DNA of 32,845 nucleotides, taken from NCBI GenBank assembly GCA_016188205.1, contig JACPIG010000061.1:1-32845 (forward strand), given 5' to 3'. Both the position numbers and the translations under genes were made by a program. Positions 7,420 to 16,661 of the stretch are shown piece by piece (position 1 is the stretch's first letter; each line of letters starts with the position of its first letter). The notes beneath the pieces were generated by a model, which searched no databases, had not been told where the DNA came from, and saw only the letters and a program-made list of their open reading frames with translations. Origin of the DNA: Candidatus Woesearchaeota archaeon. GTDB lineage: Archaea; Nanobdellota; Nanobdellia; Woesearchaeales; UBA10216.

Positions 7420-8565
7420 ATGAGCCTTGACACCATAGCAATACTGGGCGCAGGGCAGCTCGGGTATGCAAACGCAGTTTCGCTTTCAGCAAAGGCTGAA
7501 AGGGTAATCCTTTATGACAGGAATGCTTTTGTTACAGAGCCGATAGAATCAGGAAGAAACCACCCGAGGCATTTCAGAGGTTTGATGCTGCCTGGAAATG
7601 CGCATGCCACAACAAACTTAGAAGAAGTTGCGGCTGCTCACATACTCTTTATTGACCTTCACTCAGAAGGCATAAGGCCTGTTTTTAATCAGCTGGTTCA
7701 CTATCTTAAGGATGGCGTTGTAGTTGTAAATGATGCAAAAGGGCTTGAACAAGGGACGCACAAGCTGCCCCTGCAGGTTGTTCAGGAAGCATTGGCTGCA
7801 AACGGAAGAAACGCAACACTTGTTGCGAGAAGCGGATGGATGCTTGCAGCGAACATGGTCAACGGCAATGCGTCATACGTTGATGTAGCATGCGAGGATG
7901 CCTATGCTGCTGAAGAAGTATCAAGGCTTTTTTCAGGCAGCCGCTTCAAAGCCCGCATAACAACTGACGTCACGGGCGTTCAGCTTGCAGGCATAATGAA
8001 GAACGTATACGCCATTTGCGCAGGGCTTTTCGACGGGCTTGCAAAAGCAGACCCTTCGCGAAGCAAATTGTATGGTGCCGCGAAGGCCATATACATGGTT
8101 GAAGCTACAGCTGAGGCGAGGCAAATTGGCATTTTACTCGGAGCCAGACCTGAAACATTTCATATTAACAGCTATGCGTGGGGAATGGACTACTATAGCT
8201 CATGCAGGTATGATACACTAAACAGGCTTCTTGGCGAGCAGATAGGGCTTGGCATGAAGCCTGACTCGGCATATAAATTCGTCAGTCAGGTCAGAAACAG
8301 AACGCCTGAAGGATACCATACAACCCGCGAGCTTTACGGCATAATCTCTTTTCTAGAAGTTAAAATGCCGCCTATTCTAAAGCACACATACGAACCATTG
8401 TTTACGGGAAAAGACGCTAATCAGTCTCTTATGGAAGGGGCTGTTGAAATTTCAGCAGGCGTAAGAAGCCATCGTGGAAGAGCCTTAGTCAAAAGAATCG
8501 GAAGATTTGCCGCAAGAGCTTTGGGAAGGATAAACAGGGCAAGAGCCAGACGCCTTTCCCAATAA
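7420..8565 (+). CDS. gpsA: NAD(P)H-dependent glycerol-3-phosphate dehydrogenase (GpsA family), divergent
   Basis: ILGAGQLG Rossmann motif, AKGLE, TDVTGVQLAGIMKNVYAICAG (conserved KN..AI..G), PEGYHTT. ATG at 7420 preferred over GTG at 7399. Confidence 0.8.
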   Translation: MSLDTIAILGAGQLGYANAVSLSAKAERVILYDRNAFVTEPIESGRNHPRHFRGLMLPGNAHATTNLEEVAAAHILFIDLHSEGIRPVFNQLVHYLKDGVVVVNDAKGLEQGTHKLPLQVVQEALAANGRNATLVARSGWMLAANMVNGNASYVDVACEDAYAAEEVSRLFSGSRFKARITTDVTGVQLAGIMKNVYAICAGLFDGLAKADPSRSKLYGAAKAIYMVEATAEARQIGILLGARPETFHINSYAWGMDYYSSCRYDTLNRLLGEQIGLGMKPDSAYKFVSQVRNRTPEGYHTTRELYGIISFLEVKMPPILKHTYEPLFTGKDANQSLMEGAVEISAGVRSHRGRALVKRIGRFAARALGRINRARARRLSQ

Positions 8566-8822
8566 TCCTGACGCCATTCATGTAAGGCATAAGAAGCAAA
8601 AACATTTATAGAACAAAACGCTTATATACTTCAAGGAATACGAGAGAATTACTATACTAATGAAGAAATAAAAAAGTGGCTGATGAAAGGTGAAATCCGC
8701 GAATTCAAGAGGACATAGCAAGAAAAATATCAGGCAAAAGGGCACAACAGAGTTCATGGACACTGTTGACTTAATAATAAACAAGTACAGGAATTTTCTC
8801 AGAAGAGTTGGCGGCTTATAGG

Positions 8823-10133
8823 CTACCTTTTACCAATCACCTTAACGCCTTTCATGTAAGGCACAAGGGCTGTTGGGACTGTTATTGAGCCGTCCTTATT
8901 CTGGTAGTTCTCAACAATGGCGCGCAGAGCCCTTGACGTTGCGACAGCAGTGCTGTTGAGCGTGTGCACGTATTCCTTTTCATTCTTCTCCTCGCCAGCC
9001 TTACCACCATTCCCACTCTTCTTCTTATACCTTATATTCAGGCCGACAGCCTGATAAGAAGTGCAGTTGCTGCAGCTAACCACTTCCTTATACGACTCCT
9101 CCCTCGGGAACCACGCCTCAATATCATACTTCTTCGCAGCAACGCTTCCGATGTCGCCGGTGCAGATGCTCACAACCCTGTAAGGGATTCGCAGCTTCCT
9201 GAAGATTTCCTCTGCATTGCCAAGAAGCTCCTCAAAAATCTTCCATGAATCCTTTGGCTTGCAGAAGACGAACTGCTCAACCTTGCTGAACTGGTGCATC
9301 CTGAACAAGCCCCTTGTGTCAACCCCGTGGCTTCCAATCTCGCGCCTGAAGCAGATGCTTATGCCTGCAAGCTTTATTGGAAGCCCGGCTTCATCAAGGA
9401 CTTCATCCTCAAGCATCGCAGCAATCGGATGCTCTGAAGTCGCTATAAGGTAAGAGTCCCCGCCATCAACCTTGTACATTACATTCTCAAAGTCATTAAG
9501 GGAAGTAACGCTTTCGTAATGCTTCCTGCCCATCATAAGAGGGGGAGAAACAAGCGTGAAGCCCTTCTTCGCAAGCAGGTCTGCTGCGAACTGAATAAGC
9601 GCGAGCTCAAGCTGCACGAGTTTCCCTTTCAGAAAAACAAAGCCAGAGCCGCTAATCTTCGCAGCCCTTCTGAAGTCAGCCAGGCCGTTTTCTTCCAGAA
9701 GCTCGCCATGGACACGCAGCTCAAAAGCAGGCTTTTTCGGCTTGCCCCACTTTCTAATCTCCTTATTGCCCCTTTCGTCAATGCCAACAGGAACTGACTC
9801 ATGCAGGACATTTGGAAGCCGAGCCAGGATATACTTCACCCTTTCGTCCAGCTGCTGAAGCCTCTCATCAGCCTGCCTGATGCTGTCAGGCAAATCCTTT
9901 GCTTCCTTAACCTTTTTTGTAATATCCCTGCCCTGTTTCTGAAGCTCATTAATCTCGCGGGTTAAGATGTTCCTCTGGTTCCTGAGCTTGTCCGATTCAG
10001 CCTTTAGATTCCAATACTCATCATTCTTGGCTATAATCTCATCAACCCACGCAGCCTTGTCCTCCTCATTGCGCCGCTTCAAATCCTTCTTCACAATTTC
10101 AGAGTTTTCCCTGATGAACCTGATGTCAAGCAT
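8823..10133 (-). CDS. serS: Serine--tRNA ligase
   Basis: MLDIRFIREN N-terminus, coiled-coil arm, YLIATSEHP, FRREIGSHGVDTRGLFRMHQFSKVEQF, EVVSCSNCT, HTLNSTAVATSR. Confidence 0.98.
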   Translation of the reverse strand: MLDIRFIRENSEIVKKDLKRRNEEDKAAWVDEIIAKNDEYWNLKAESDKLRNQRNILTREINELQKQGRDITKKVKEAKDLPDSIRQADERLQQLDERVKYILARLPNVLHESVPVGIDERGNKEIRKWGKPKKPAFELRVHGELLEENGLADFRRAAKISGSGFVFLKGKLVQLELALIQFAADLLAKKGFTLVSPPLMMGRKHYESVTSLNDFENVMYKVDGGDSYLIATSEHPIAAMLEDEVLDEAGLPIKLAGISICFRREIGSHGVDTRGLFRMHQFSKVEQFVFCKPKDSWKIFEELLGNAEEIFRKLRIPYRVVSICTGDIGSVAAKKYDIEAWFPREESYKEVVSCSNCTSYQAVGLNIRYKKKSGNGGKAGEEKNEKEYVHTLNSTAVATSRALRAIVENYQNKDGSITVPTALVPYMKGVKVIGKR

Positions 10134-10182
10134 TCTCATACGCATCAAGAATACGTATAAAAAGGTTTTTATATCCTCATAT

Positions 10183-11667
10183 TCACACCATCATCAAAAA
10201 CAAAGATAATGGTACTTTGACATAATTCCGGTACATGCCGAGCTCATCCTTTGAAATCAAGACCCCTCTATTGAATGACTTGAAGCCTATAAAGTCAGAG
10301 TTTGATATTGTTGCCTGATATTTGACTTCAAAAGGATAATACTTGTCGTCATGCATCACTACAAAATCAACTTCTTTTTTGCTTTTAGCTTCATAATAGC
10401 ATATCGTGCTTTTTGGATCAAACAAATCACGAGGATTTAAGCTATAAGCCAATCTACATAAATGATTGTAGACAACTCCCTCAACAATCTTGCTTTTTAT
10501 TTCTAAATTCATCAGGTTCTCTTTTGCATTCACAAAATAGCTGGTTTTACTATTTGACCAGCCATGCAGGGCATGAAAGAAGAAAGGGTCAAGAATATAG
10601 ATTTTTTTCATAAAATTGTGAATTCTTTTGTCATGAATTGAGCACCTATAAGAAATATTGGCGATATACAATTCTTCAAGAGCAGTGATATACTCCTGGA
10701 CTGTGTTGTGGGATTTTATTTCAGTCGTTTTGGTGAAGCTATTCCAGCTTATTGGGCAGGATAATGTAACAAAGATTTCCCTCAGTATTTGTTTAAAATA
10801 CAGCTCTTTGTAATTATACTTATTCAAATCGCCAATAACTGCATTAAGATATATGTTGAATAGTTTCACAGATATTGCGCCTGTGGATTTGTATTCATTT
10901 ATAACTGATGGAACTCCGCCAGTAAGCAGATACATCTCCAATAAAGCATCCAACTCTTTTTTTAGGAGCATTAAATCTTCAATTGTCTTGTCAATTTTTC
11001 CTTCAAATAATTCGAGGATTTTTCTATGCTTATCCTCTTTTTTTATTAATCCCGCATCAAATAATTTATCAGTAAATTCTGGCTTGATTAGTTTTACAAA
11101 TTCTGAAAATTTCATGGGCAAAAGTATTTTGTCCAGCGGATCATCTCCAGAACCCCCTCTCCTTCCAGGCATAAGCTCTGTTGAATGTTTCAAATCCATT
11201 GAATGCGAGCCAGTGACTATTATTGAACAATTTACAAAATCGCCTTTATTAGCAAAGTAAATCAGCTCTCTTGACCAATCTTTAACAGCACAGATTTCGT
11301 CAAAAAATAAATACTTTCTCTCTGACTTTTCTTCAATTCTCCAGTTAAGATATGTTTGAATTATCTTGTTTAGCTCTTCTGCGGTGTTTCTTTCAAATGA
11401 CCAAAAGAAGATATTTTCTGGCTTGACATGCTTGTTATGCAGCAAGTCCCTGATGATTAGCTTGATTAGTGTTGTTTTGCCTACTTGCCTTGGCCCGCGT
11501 ATAGTATAAATCACATCCTGGTCAAGTTTAACATAACGCCTTATATTAGGATCCCATTTATACTCTAATTCCTCAATCTGCGTGAGTTTAAAATCCGAAT
11601 CAATGTTCTTTTTATCGACCCACCATTTGTTTTGGTCAGATAATTGGCTTATATCAAATACGCTCAT
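10183..11667 (-). CDS. AAA_14-type ATPase with DUF4143/restriction-endonuclease-like C-terminus
   Basis: QNKWW N-terminus, Walker A GPRQVGKTT, Walker B LFFDEI, VTGS, YLLTGGVP, KKIYILDP, EVDFV...FEVKY. Visibly AT-richer than its neighbours. Confidence 0.9.
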   Translation of the reverse strand: MSVFDISQLSDQNKWWVDKKNIDSDFKLTQIEELEYKWDPNIRRYVKLDQDVIYTIRGPRQVGKTTLIKLIIRDLLHNKHVKPENIFFWSFERNTAEELNKIIQTYLNWRIEEKSERKYLFFDEICAVKDWSRELIYFANKGDFVNCSIIVTGSHSMDLKHSTELMPGRRGGSGDDPLDKILLPMKFSEFVKLIKPEFTDKLFDAGLIKKEDKHRKILELFEGKIDKTIEDLMLLKKELDALLEMYLLTGGVPSVINEYKSTGAISVKLFNIYLNAVIGDLNKYNYKELYFKQILREIFVTLSCPISWNSFTKTTEIKSHNTVQEYITALEELYIANISYRCSIHDKRIHNFMKKIYILDPFFFHALHGWSNSKTSYFVNAKENLMNLEIKSKIVEGVVYNHLCRLAYSLNPRDLFDPKSTICYYEAKSKKEVDFVVMHDDKYYPFEVKYQATISNSDFIGFKSFNRGVLISKDELGMYRNYVKVPLSLFLMMV

Positions 11668-11708
11668 AAGTCTCTGTAATTCATTTACCTATATAAATGT
11701 TGTTATTT

Positions 11709-11792
11709 TTGACAAGTTATTTATAAATAATGAAATTTATTTTGACAACATATATCGCTTAAAAGCAAATAGAATTGACAAGTTATTTATAA
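11709..11792. repeat. 18-bp direct repeat in the divergent promoter region
   Basis: TTGACAAGTTATTTATAA at 11709-11726 and 11775-11792, with a partial TTGACAA at 11742. Confidence 0.8.
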
Positions 11793-11886
11793 CTGAAGTT
11801 TATTTCTGTTAGCAATTTCAGAAAAGGCATTCTTGCTACTGCTTAGTAACGAAACATTTATAAACGGGAGATGCAAGCATGCCCAT

Positions 11887-13551
11887 ATGTTCCTCTTAAT
11901 CCCGGGAAGGCACATAGTGAACACAAGGTTTCAGGAGGAGTACCTAAAGCGAGTTTTAGGAATGCCTGTTGGCTCACTTGAATTTCTTGACGGCAAGCCT
12001 TCTTTGCCACCCGGTGCCACCCTTGACACGATTATTTTCGCCATAACCTCAAGCAACCTTGACAATTCGCGCTTCAACCCTGTTTCATTTGTACACCGAG
12101 CTATCTCTGTTGACCGCTTTGGCAGCCAGTTTAACGGGCTTGGAGTAAGCCACAGGATTTTTGGGATTCCGGACTACGTCACCACAAACAGGTTTTCTGC
12201 GCTGACACTTAAAGAAATCCTTGAGCAGTCAGAAGGTGAGCTTGCGTTGAGCCCGGAAAATACCGTTGTAATGTGCTCAACACCTCCAGTCATAAGCATG
12301 TACAGGCAGCTTGGCTATAGCATTCTGCCCGGAGAGCTTGCATCGCTGGAACCTGAAAGATATGCGGCTATGAGGCCTATTGATGTTGTCAGGAAAATAG
12401 CAGGCGCAGGAGAAGCGTGGAGCACCAGCCCAGATGTCCTCGGCGACCTTTCTTTTTCCACTCTAAGCTTTTTCCGTGCGCATCCTGAAGTTCCAAGAAA
12501 AATGATACTCCTGTTTAACGACCCGATGCTCACTGAAGAAGGCAGCCTTACCGACACACGCGACTACGGCTCCTACGTTGTTGGAATGGGAAACATCGCA
12601 ATCGTAAGGGTGAAATATGACGACATACGGCGCGCAATAATGCCTGGCAAGATTGTTGACCACGGCTGCGCTGATGGCGCGCTCATAGAGCTTATGGCAA
12701 AGGAATTTCCAGACTCTGATTTTTACGGCGTAGATGCCTCTGCAAATATGATTGAGCGCGCAAAGCAGCGACAAACACTAAAAGCATATGGCAATGACAC
12801 GTTTGTATTTTTCAGGCAGGGAAACATCATCAGCCCGCTTTTCAAAAGCCCTGCTGCTGACACAATTACGTGCCTGTCGCTGCTGCACGAGGTATGGTCA
12901 TATGGCGCCCAGAAAAAGTCCATTGATGACTACCTTGCTTCAGTGCGAAATCAGCTTGTGACTGGAGGCAGGTTTGTCGTAAGAGACGTAGTTGGACCTG
13001 AACACGGGGAGCAAGAGGTTTACCTCTGGTGCAATCCTGCTGACGGCTCCAACGAAAATCCTTATGCGGCATTTTCAGACCAAGAGCAGCTGAAGGCGCA
13101 CCTTGACGGGCTGTCAACATATTCCCGCTTTATGAGGTTTGCTTCTGACTTTCTGGCTGAAATGAGGCAAAAAGGAAAGCGCGGGCCTGAAACAGAAATA
13201 AATTACAGAGTGGAAAGGATTGATGGCAAGGATTATTTTGTGCTCAGGCTCAAGGAAGCTGTTGAGTTCATGCTCACCAAAGACTACACAGACAACTGGA
13301 GAAGCGAGATGAACGAGGAGTTCACTTACCGCAGTTTTGGCGGGCACAAAAGAGCTCTTGAGCAGGCAGGCTTCAGGGTGATAGAAAACCCGAACGACCC
13401 GATGAGCGGCTCAAGGGCTTACACAAGCCCCTGGATTGCTGAGCACAGCTTCATGGGAAAAGCAGAGCTTTACGAAATGGGAATTGACAGAAATCTGCAC
13501 AAAATGGCTTACCCAATGACAAACATGGTACTGGTGGGTGAGAAGGCATGA
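11887..13551 (+). CDS. Fusion of a nucleotidyltransferase (HIGH/NMNAT)-like N-terminal domain and a class I SAM-dependent methyltransferase
   Basis: C-half has IVDHGCADG, YGVDAS, QGNI, LSLLHEVWSY, GGRFVVRD. N-half IPGRH...IIFAITSSN...RFNP...IPDY parallels the NMNAT domain at 21654-22811. TATA at 11857-11864 supports ATG 11887. Confidence 0.75.
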   Translation: MFLLIPGRHIVNTRFQEEYLKRVLGMPVGSLEFLDGKPSLPPGATLDTIIFAITSSNLDNSRFNPVSFVHRAISVDRFGSQFNGLGVSHRIFGIPDYVTTNRFSALTLKEILEQSEGELALSPENTVVMCSTPPVISMYRQLGYSILPGELASLEPERYAAMRPIDVVRKIAGAGEAWSTSPDVLGDLSFSTLSFFRAHPEVPRKMILLFNDPMLTEEGSLTDTRDYGSYVVGMGNIAIVRVKYDDIRRAIMPGKIVDHGCADGALIELMAKEFPDSDFYGVDASANMIERAKQRQTLKAYGNDTFVFFRQGNIISPLFKSPAADTITCLSLLHEVWSYGAQKKSIDDYLASVRNQLVTGGRFVVRDVVGPEHGEQEVYLWCNPADGSNENPYAAFSDQEQLKAHLDGLSTYSRFMRFASDFLAEMRQKGKRGPETEINYRVERIDGKDYFVLRLKEAVEFMLTKDYTDNWRSEMNEEFTYRSFGGHKRALEQAGFRVIENPNDPMSGSRAYTSPWIAEHSFMGKAELYEMGIDRNLHKMAYPMTNMVLVGEKA

Positions 13552-14825
13552 ATCAAGGAAAAGGCATGAAGCCAAGAACCCTGGCAGAAGCGCTCGGAAT
13601 TAAAGGGACACCTGTGATGAGCAACGAACAGATGCAGGCGTATGCCTGGGAAAGAAAGCTGGCAGACCCCGGGACACAGGGAGTGCTCCTTGAGGAACAA
13701 GTCAGTGGGCTGAGGGGAATAGTTATCCACAACGCGAAAACAACAGAGGAAGTAAGACGCGTCCTCCGGGACGAGGCGAAACTTTCCGTTGTTGAATATG
13801 CCCCGCCAAAATCATCCGAACCGCATTTCTGGGTTCCGGCGACAGGATACATACACGTGGTTAATACAAGAGGAATAACAAGACTGCTGAGAGATGAAGC
13901 ATTAGCCAGAATACTTAGTTATCTTCTCCCCAATGAGGTTGAAATTGCCATAAGCAACTATCATGGCAGCAGGCGCGAAGCCAACGACAGGTTTGAGCAT
14001 TTTGCCTATGCGCTTGTTGATGATATCTTCATGCACCTTGACAAAGCAGCAGTAACCAAAAATGGCAGGATTAACCTTCTCCTTGGCCCTTATGTGTCAA
14101 TAGATGACGCGCTTAGCACAGATGGATGCGAGATTGCTCACAGTACAGACAGTGACTACCTTAACTACAGAATTGTTCTTGCGGGCACATCAGAAGGGAA
14201 GGAAGTAGTGGTTAATTTTGACTATATCTTCGCTGACCAGGCAAAGGACGTTCTGCACAAGCTGTACAAGGGGGTTGCTGCGGAATTCAGCAGGCAGGGC
14301 ATCAGCATAAACGTGCTGCATTACGGCAAGGTAGGCGTACTGGATCCGGCAACAAATGTCGGAGACATAATAATCCCCACAGGCGCTTTTGACGAGGAAA
14401 AGCTTCAATATGCGGTCAGGAGAGGAGAGCCCATACCGCAGCAATACGCTCTAAACAACCAAATCGCATCCAATCCGGATGTGAGAGCACTATTTTATCG
14501 CGCTGTCAGCGGCAGAATAAATTCAGGGGTTACGGTCAACACAAACTCCGTCCTTGAGCAGACAGCAGAAAGGCTCCGGATTGATTTAGGCGCAGGCGGA
14601 AACTGGCTTGAAATGGAATGGGCAGTAATAGCCAGCCTGTCAACAGGCTCACACAGCACATACCCCGGGACAGGGTCAATAAACCACTTCCTGGCAGGAG
14701 TCGGCTCAGACAACCCGCTAAGAGGGCAAACACTCGGAGAAACACATTACCCCCGCGAAAGGGAAGCAGAAGTTGCGAAAGCAATGATAAGGATAATACA
14801 GCATATGCCTGAGCTGGGGCTTTGA
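13548..14825 (+). CDS. Purine nucleoside phosphorylase/AMP-nucleosidase fold protein (DUF6909-like C-terminal domain)
   Basis: NFDYIFADQA, VLHYGKVGVL...VGDIIIP and LEME, the PNP/UDP-superfamily G..G....GD..IP and EME motifs. ATGA overlap with the upstream gene. Confidence 0.65.
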   Translation: MNQGKGMKPRTLAEALGIKGTPVMSNEQMQAYAWERKLADPGTQGVLLEEQVSGLRGIVIHNAKTTEEVRRVLRDEAKLSVVEYAPPKSSEPHFWVPATGYIHVVNTRGITRLLRDEALARILSYLLPNEVEIAISNYHGSRREANDRFEHFAYALVDDIFMHLDKAAVTKNGRINLLLGPYVSIDDALSTDGCEIAHSTDSDYLNYRIVLAGTSEGKEVVVNFDYIFADQAKDVLHKLYKGVAAEFSRQGISINVLHYGKVGVLDPATNVGDIIIPTGAFDEEKLQYAVRRGEPIPQQYALNNQIASNPDVRALFYRAVSGRINSGVTVNTNSVLEQTAERLRIDLGAGGNWLEMEWAVIASLSTGSHSTYPGTGSINHFLAGVGSDNPLRGQTLGETHYPREREAEVAKAMIRIIQHMPELGL

Positions 14826-14831
14826 GGAAAA

Positions 14832-15812
14832 ATGGCAAAAGTCACAGTAATCTTCAAGGAAAGCACGCACAAGATTTACAGCGCTTCAGACAGCGCAGGA
14901 TTACTGGCTTATATGCAAAAAGGAAGCGCACATGTGAAAGGGATGGAAGAAGCGCGTGACGAGCACGAAAGAACGCTTGAAGAAGTTATAAGGGTTATAG
15001 ACAGGCATGGAGTCGGCTGCAATGCGATATACAGGGGTGAACTCTCCGGAATGGATGAGGAAAGAAGGAGAGAGCTCATCCAAAATGCACAGCTTCTTAT
15101 TACTGTTGGAGGCGACGGCACATTCATGGAGGCATCCCACTATATCCCTGAAGGGTCAGCAACGCCCCTTCTTGGAGTTAATTCAGACCCTGCGAGGAGC
15201 ACGGCTTTCTACTCAATCGCAAACATGCAGACATTTGAAGGCATATTAGGGCAGGCACTTGAAGGGAAACTGACAAAACTTCTTCTTCCGAGGCTGAGCA
15301 TAGAGGTCAACGGAAAAAGGATTGCTGAGCTTGTAATAAACGACGTCAGGCTGAAAAACTCAGGAGATGACCTTTTCAGATACGACCTTTCCGTTGACGG
15401 CGCCGTAAAATCAGGGCTGCGCTCAGACGGAATACTGGCATGCACTCCTTCAGGATACACTGGATGGATGGTTGACTTTCCCGGAAGCATATACCTTCCT
15501 CTCGGCTCAAAAGACATGCAGTACTACTTAATGGGAAAGCCAGTGCCGCCAGAACTCGCAAAACAATCCATTGAAATCTCCTCACTGACAAGAGAGGGAA
15601 TAATGCATGTTGATGGTGTTCACGTGCAGTACGAATTCAGCATAGGTGACGTTATAAGGATAACCCCCGGAGAGCCGCTTACATTCCTCGGGGAACTTGA
15701 AGGCAAGAGGGCAGCATATGCTGCGAGAAAATTTGAAGAGCTGCTCACAGCGATACCCGTGTTTGAGCAAAGGGCGAGAGCAAACCTGGAACTGGTCAGA
15801 GGGAGGGCTTAG
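14832..15812 (+). CDS. nadK: NAD(+)/NADH kinase family protein
   Basis: LITVGGDGTF, PLLGVNSDP, VIND (NE/D motif), SDGILACTPSGYTGW. Confidence 0.88.
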   Translation: MAKVTVIFKESTHKIYSASDSAGLLAYMQKGSAHVKGMEEARDEHERTLEEVIRVIDRHGVGCNAIYRGELSGMDEERRRELIQNAQLLITVGGDGTFMEASHYIPEGSATPLLGVNSDPARSTAFYSIANMQTFEGILGQALEGKLTKLLLPRLSIEVNGKRIAELVINDVRLKNSGDDLFRYDLSVDGAVKSGLRSDGILACTPSGYTGWMVDFPGSIYLPLGSKDMQYYLMGKPVPPELAKQSIEISSLTREGIMHVDGVHVQYEFSIGDVIRITPGEPLTFLGELEGKRAAYAARKFEELLTAIPVFEQRARANLELVRGRA

Positions 15813-15818
15813 CAGACT

Positions 15819-16661
15819 TTATGATAGCCTACTGTCCGTAATTGTGCGCAGCAAAATTTCCTTAAAGCCGGGGTTTACATCAGTTATTATTGACACATTT
15901 CCATACACTGCTTTTTCAGTTATTGCGCTGTCTGCGAAGTGATGCACAACAAGCGGGTCATAAAGGTATGCGCAGTCCTGCTCAGCTTTTCCCATCCAGG
16001 ACTGAGCAGCAGCATGAATGTAAGCAGAAGCTGAGGCTGGAACTCCTCCTGATTTTATCAGCCCAAAATCCTCTCTTGTCAGGGAGCTTTTCTTGCATAC
16101 TTCTGTCGTGACAATGGTTATGGGCGCTGGCGATGCAAAGACAATGTCAACAGCCTCAGGGTCAACCTTGAAGTTGTGCGCCCTGTAGTTGATGTAAAAC
16201 GCGCCAGGCGTTATAATAGCGTTGCCCATGGCGTATATGTGGCTGACAAGGGCAGGGAGGTCAGGGTACTTTTGGAAAGCCCTTGCAATGTTAGTCATCG
16301 GGCCTATTGACGCGATGCCTACATTATTCCTGCTCGCGTATATTGCTTCAGCGATTGCCTCAACACCATCCAGCCTTATGTCAAGGCTTTCAGCAGCATC
16401 CACAAAATCCGCGCCTTCATCCCCTTCCCAGTAAAGGTGCTTCTGCTTCAACGGCTTTGACTCGCCTGCAGCAACAGGAATATCTGCGCCCAGAAGCATA
16501 ACCAGCTTTTTCGCTATGCGCGCCCTGACGTAAGCGTCTCCGTGAACTGTTGTCACCAGCTTAATGTTCATCCCCAGTTTTACCGCGTACATTAATGCTA
16601 TCGCGTCATCAACATCAGTCCCTATGTCCGTATCTATGATTATGGCTTCGTCAATGCTCAT
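15819..16661 (-). CDS. Nucleoside hydrolase (IU-NH/Rih family)
   Basis: IIIDTDIGTDVDDAIAL (DxDxxxDD), VTTVHGD, IGPMTNIA, MGN, NFKVDPEA, LYDP. Confidence 0.92.
   Translation of the reverse strand: MSIDEAIIIDTDIGTDVDDAIALMYAVKLGMNIKLVTTVHGDAYVRARIAKKLVMLLGADIPVAAGESKPLKQKHLYWEGDEGADFVDAAESLDIRLDGVEAIAEAIYASRNNVGIASIGPMTNIARAFQKYPDLPALVSHIYAMGNAIITPGAFYINYRAHNFKVDPEAVDIVFASPAPITIVTTEVCKKSSLTREDFGLIKSGGVPASASAYIHAAAQSWMGKAEQDCAYLYDPLVVHHFADSAITEKAVYGNVSIITDVNPGFKEILLRTITDSRLS

Noticed and set aside
8578..8784. 68-aa hydrophobic ORF downstream of serS
   Set aside because: Non-ATG start, no RBS, AT-rich composition and no motif. A gene remnant cannot be excluded but is unsupported.
11699..11716. 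Possible NrtR box upstream of the plus-strand operon
   Set aside because: Spacing is TGT-N8-ACA rather than N7, and the flanks do not match the six-site consensus.
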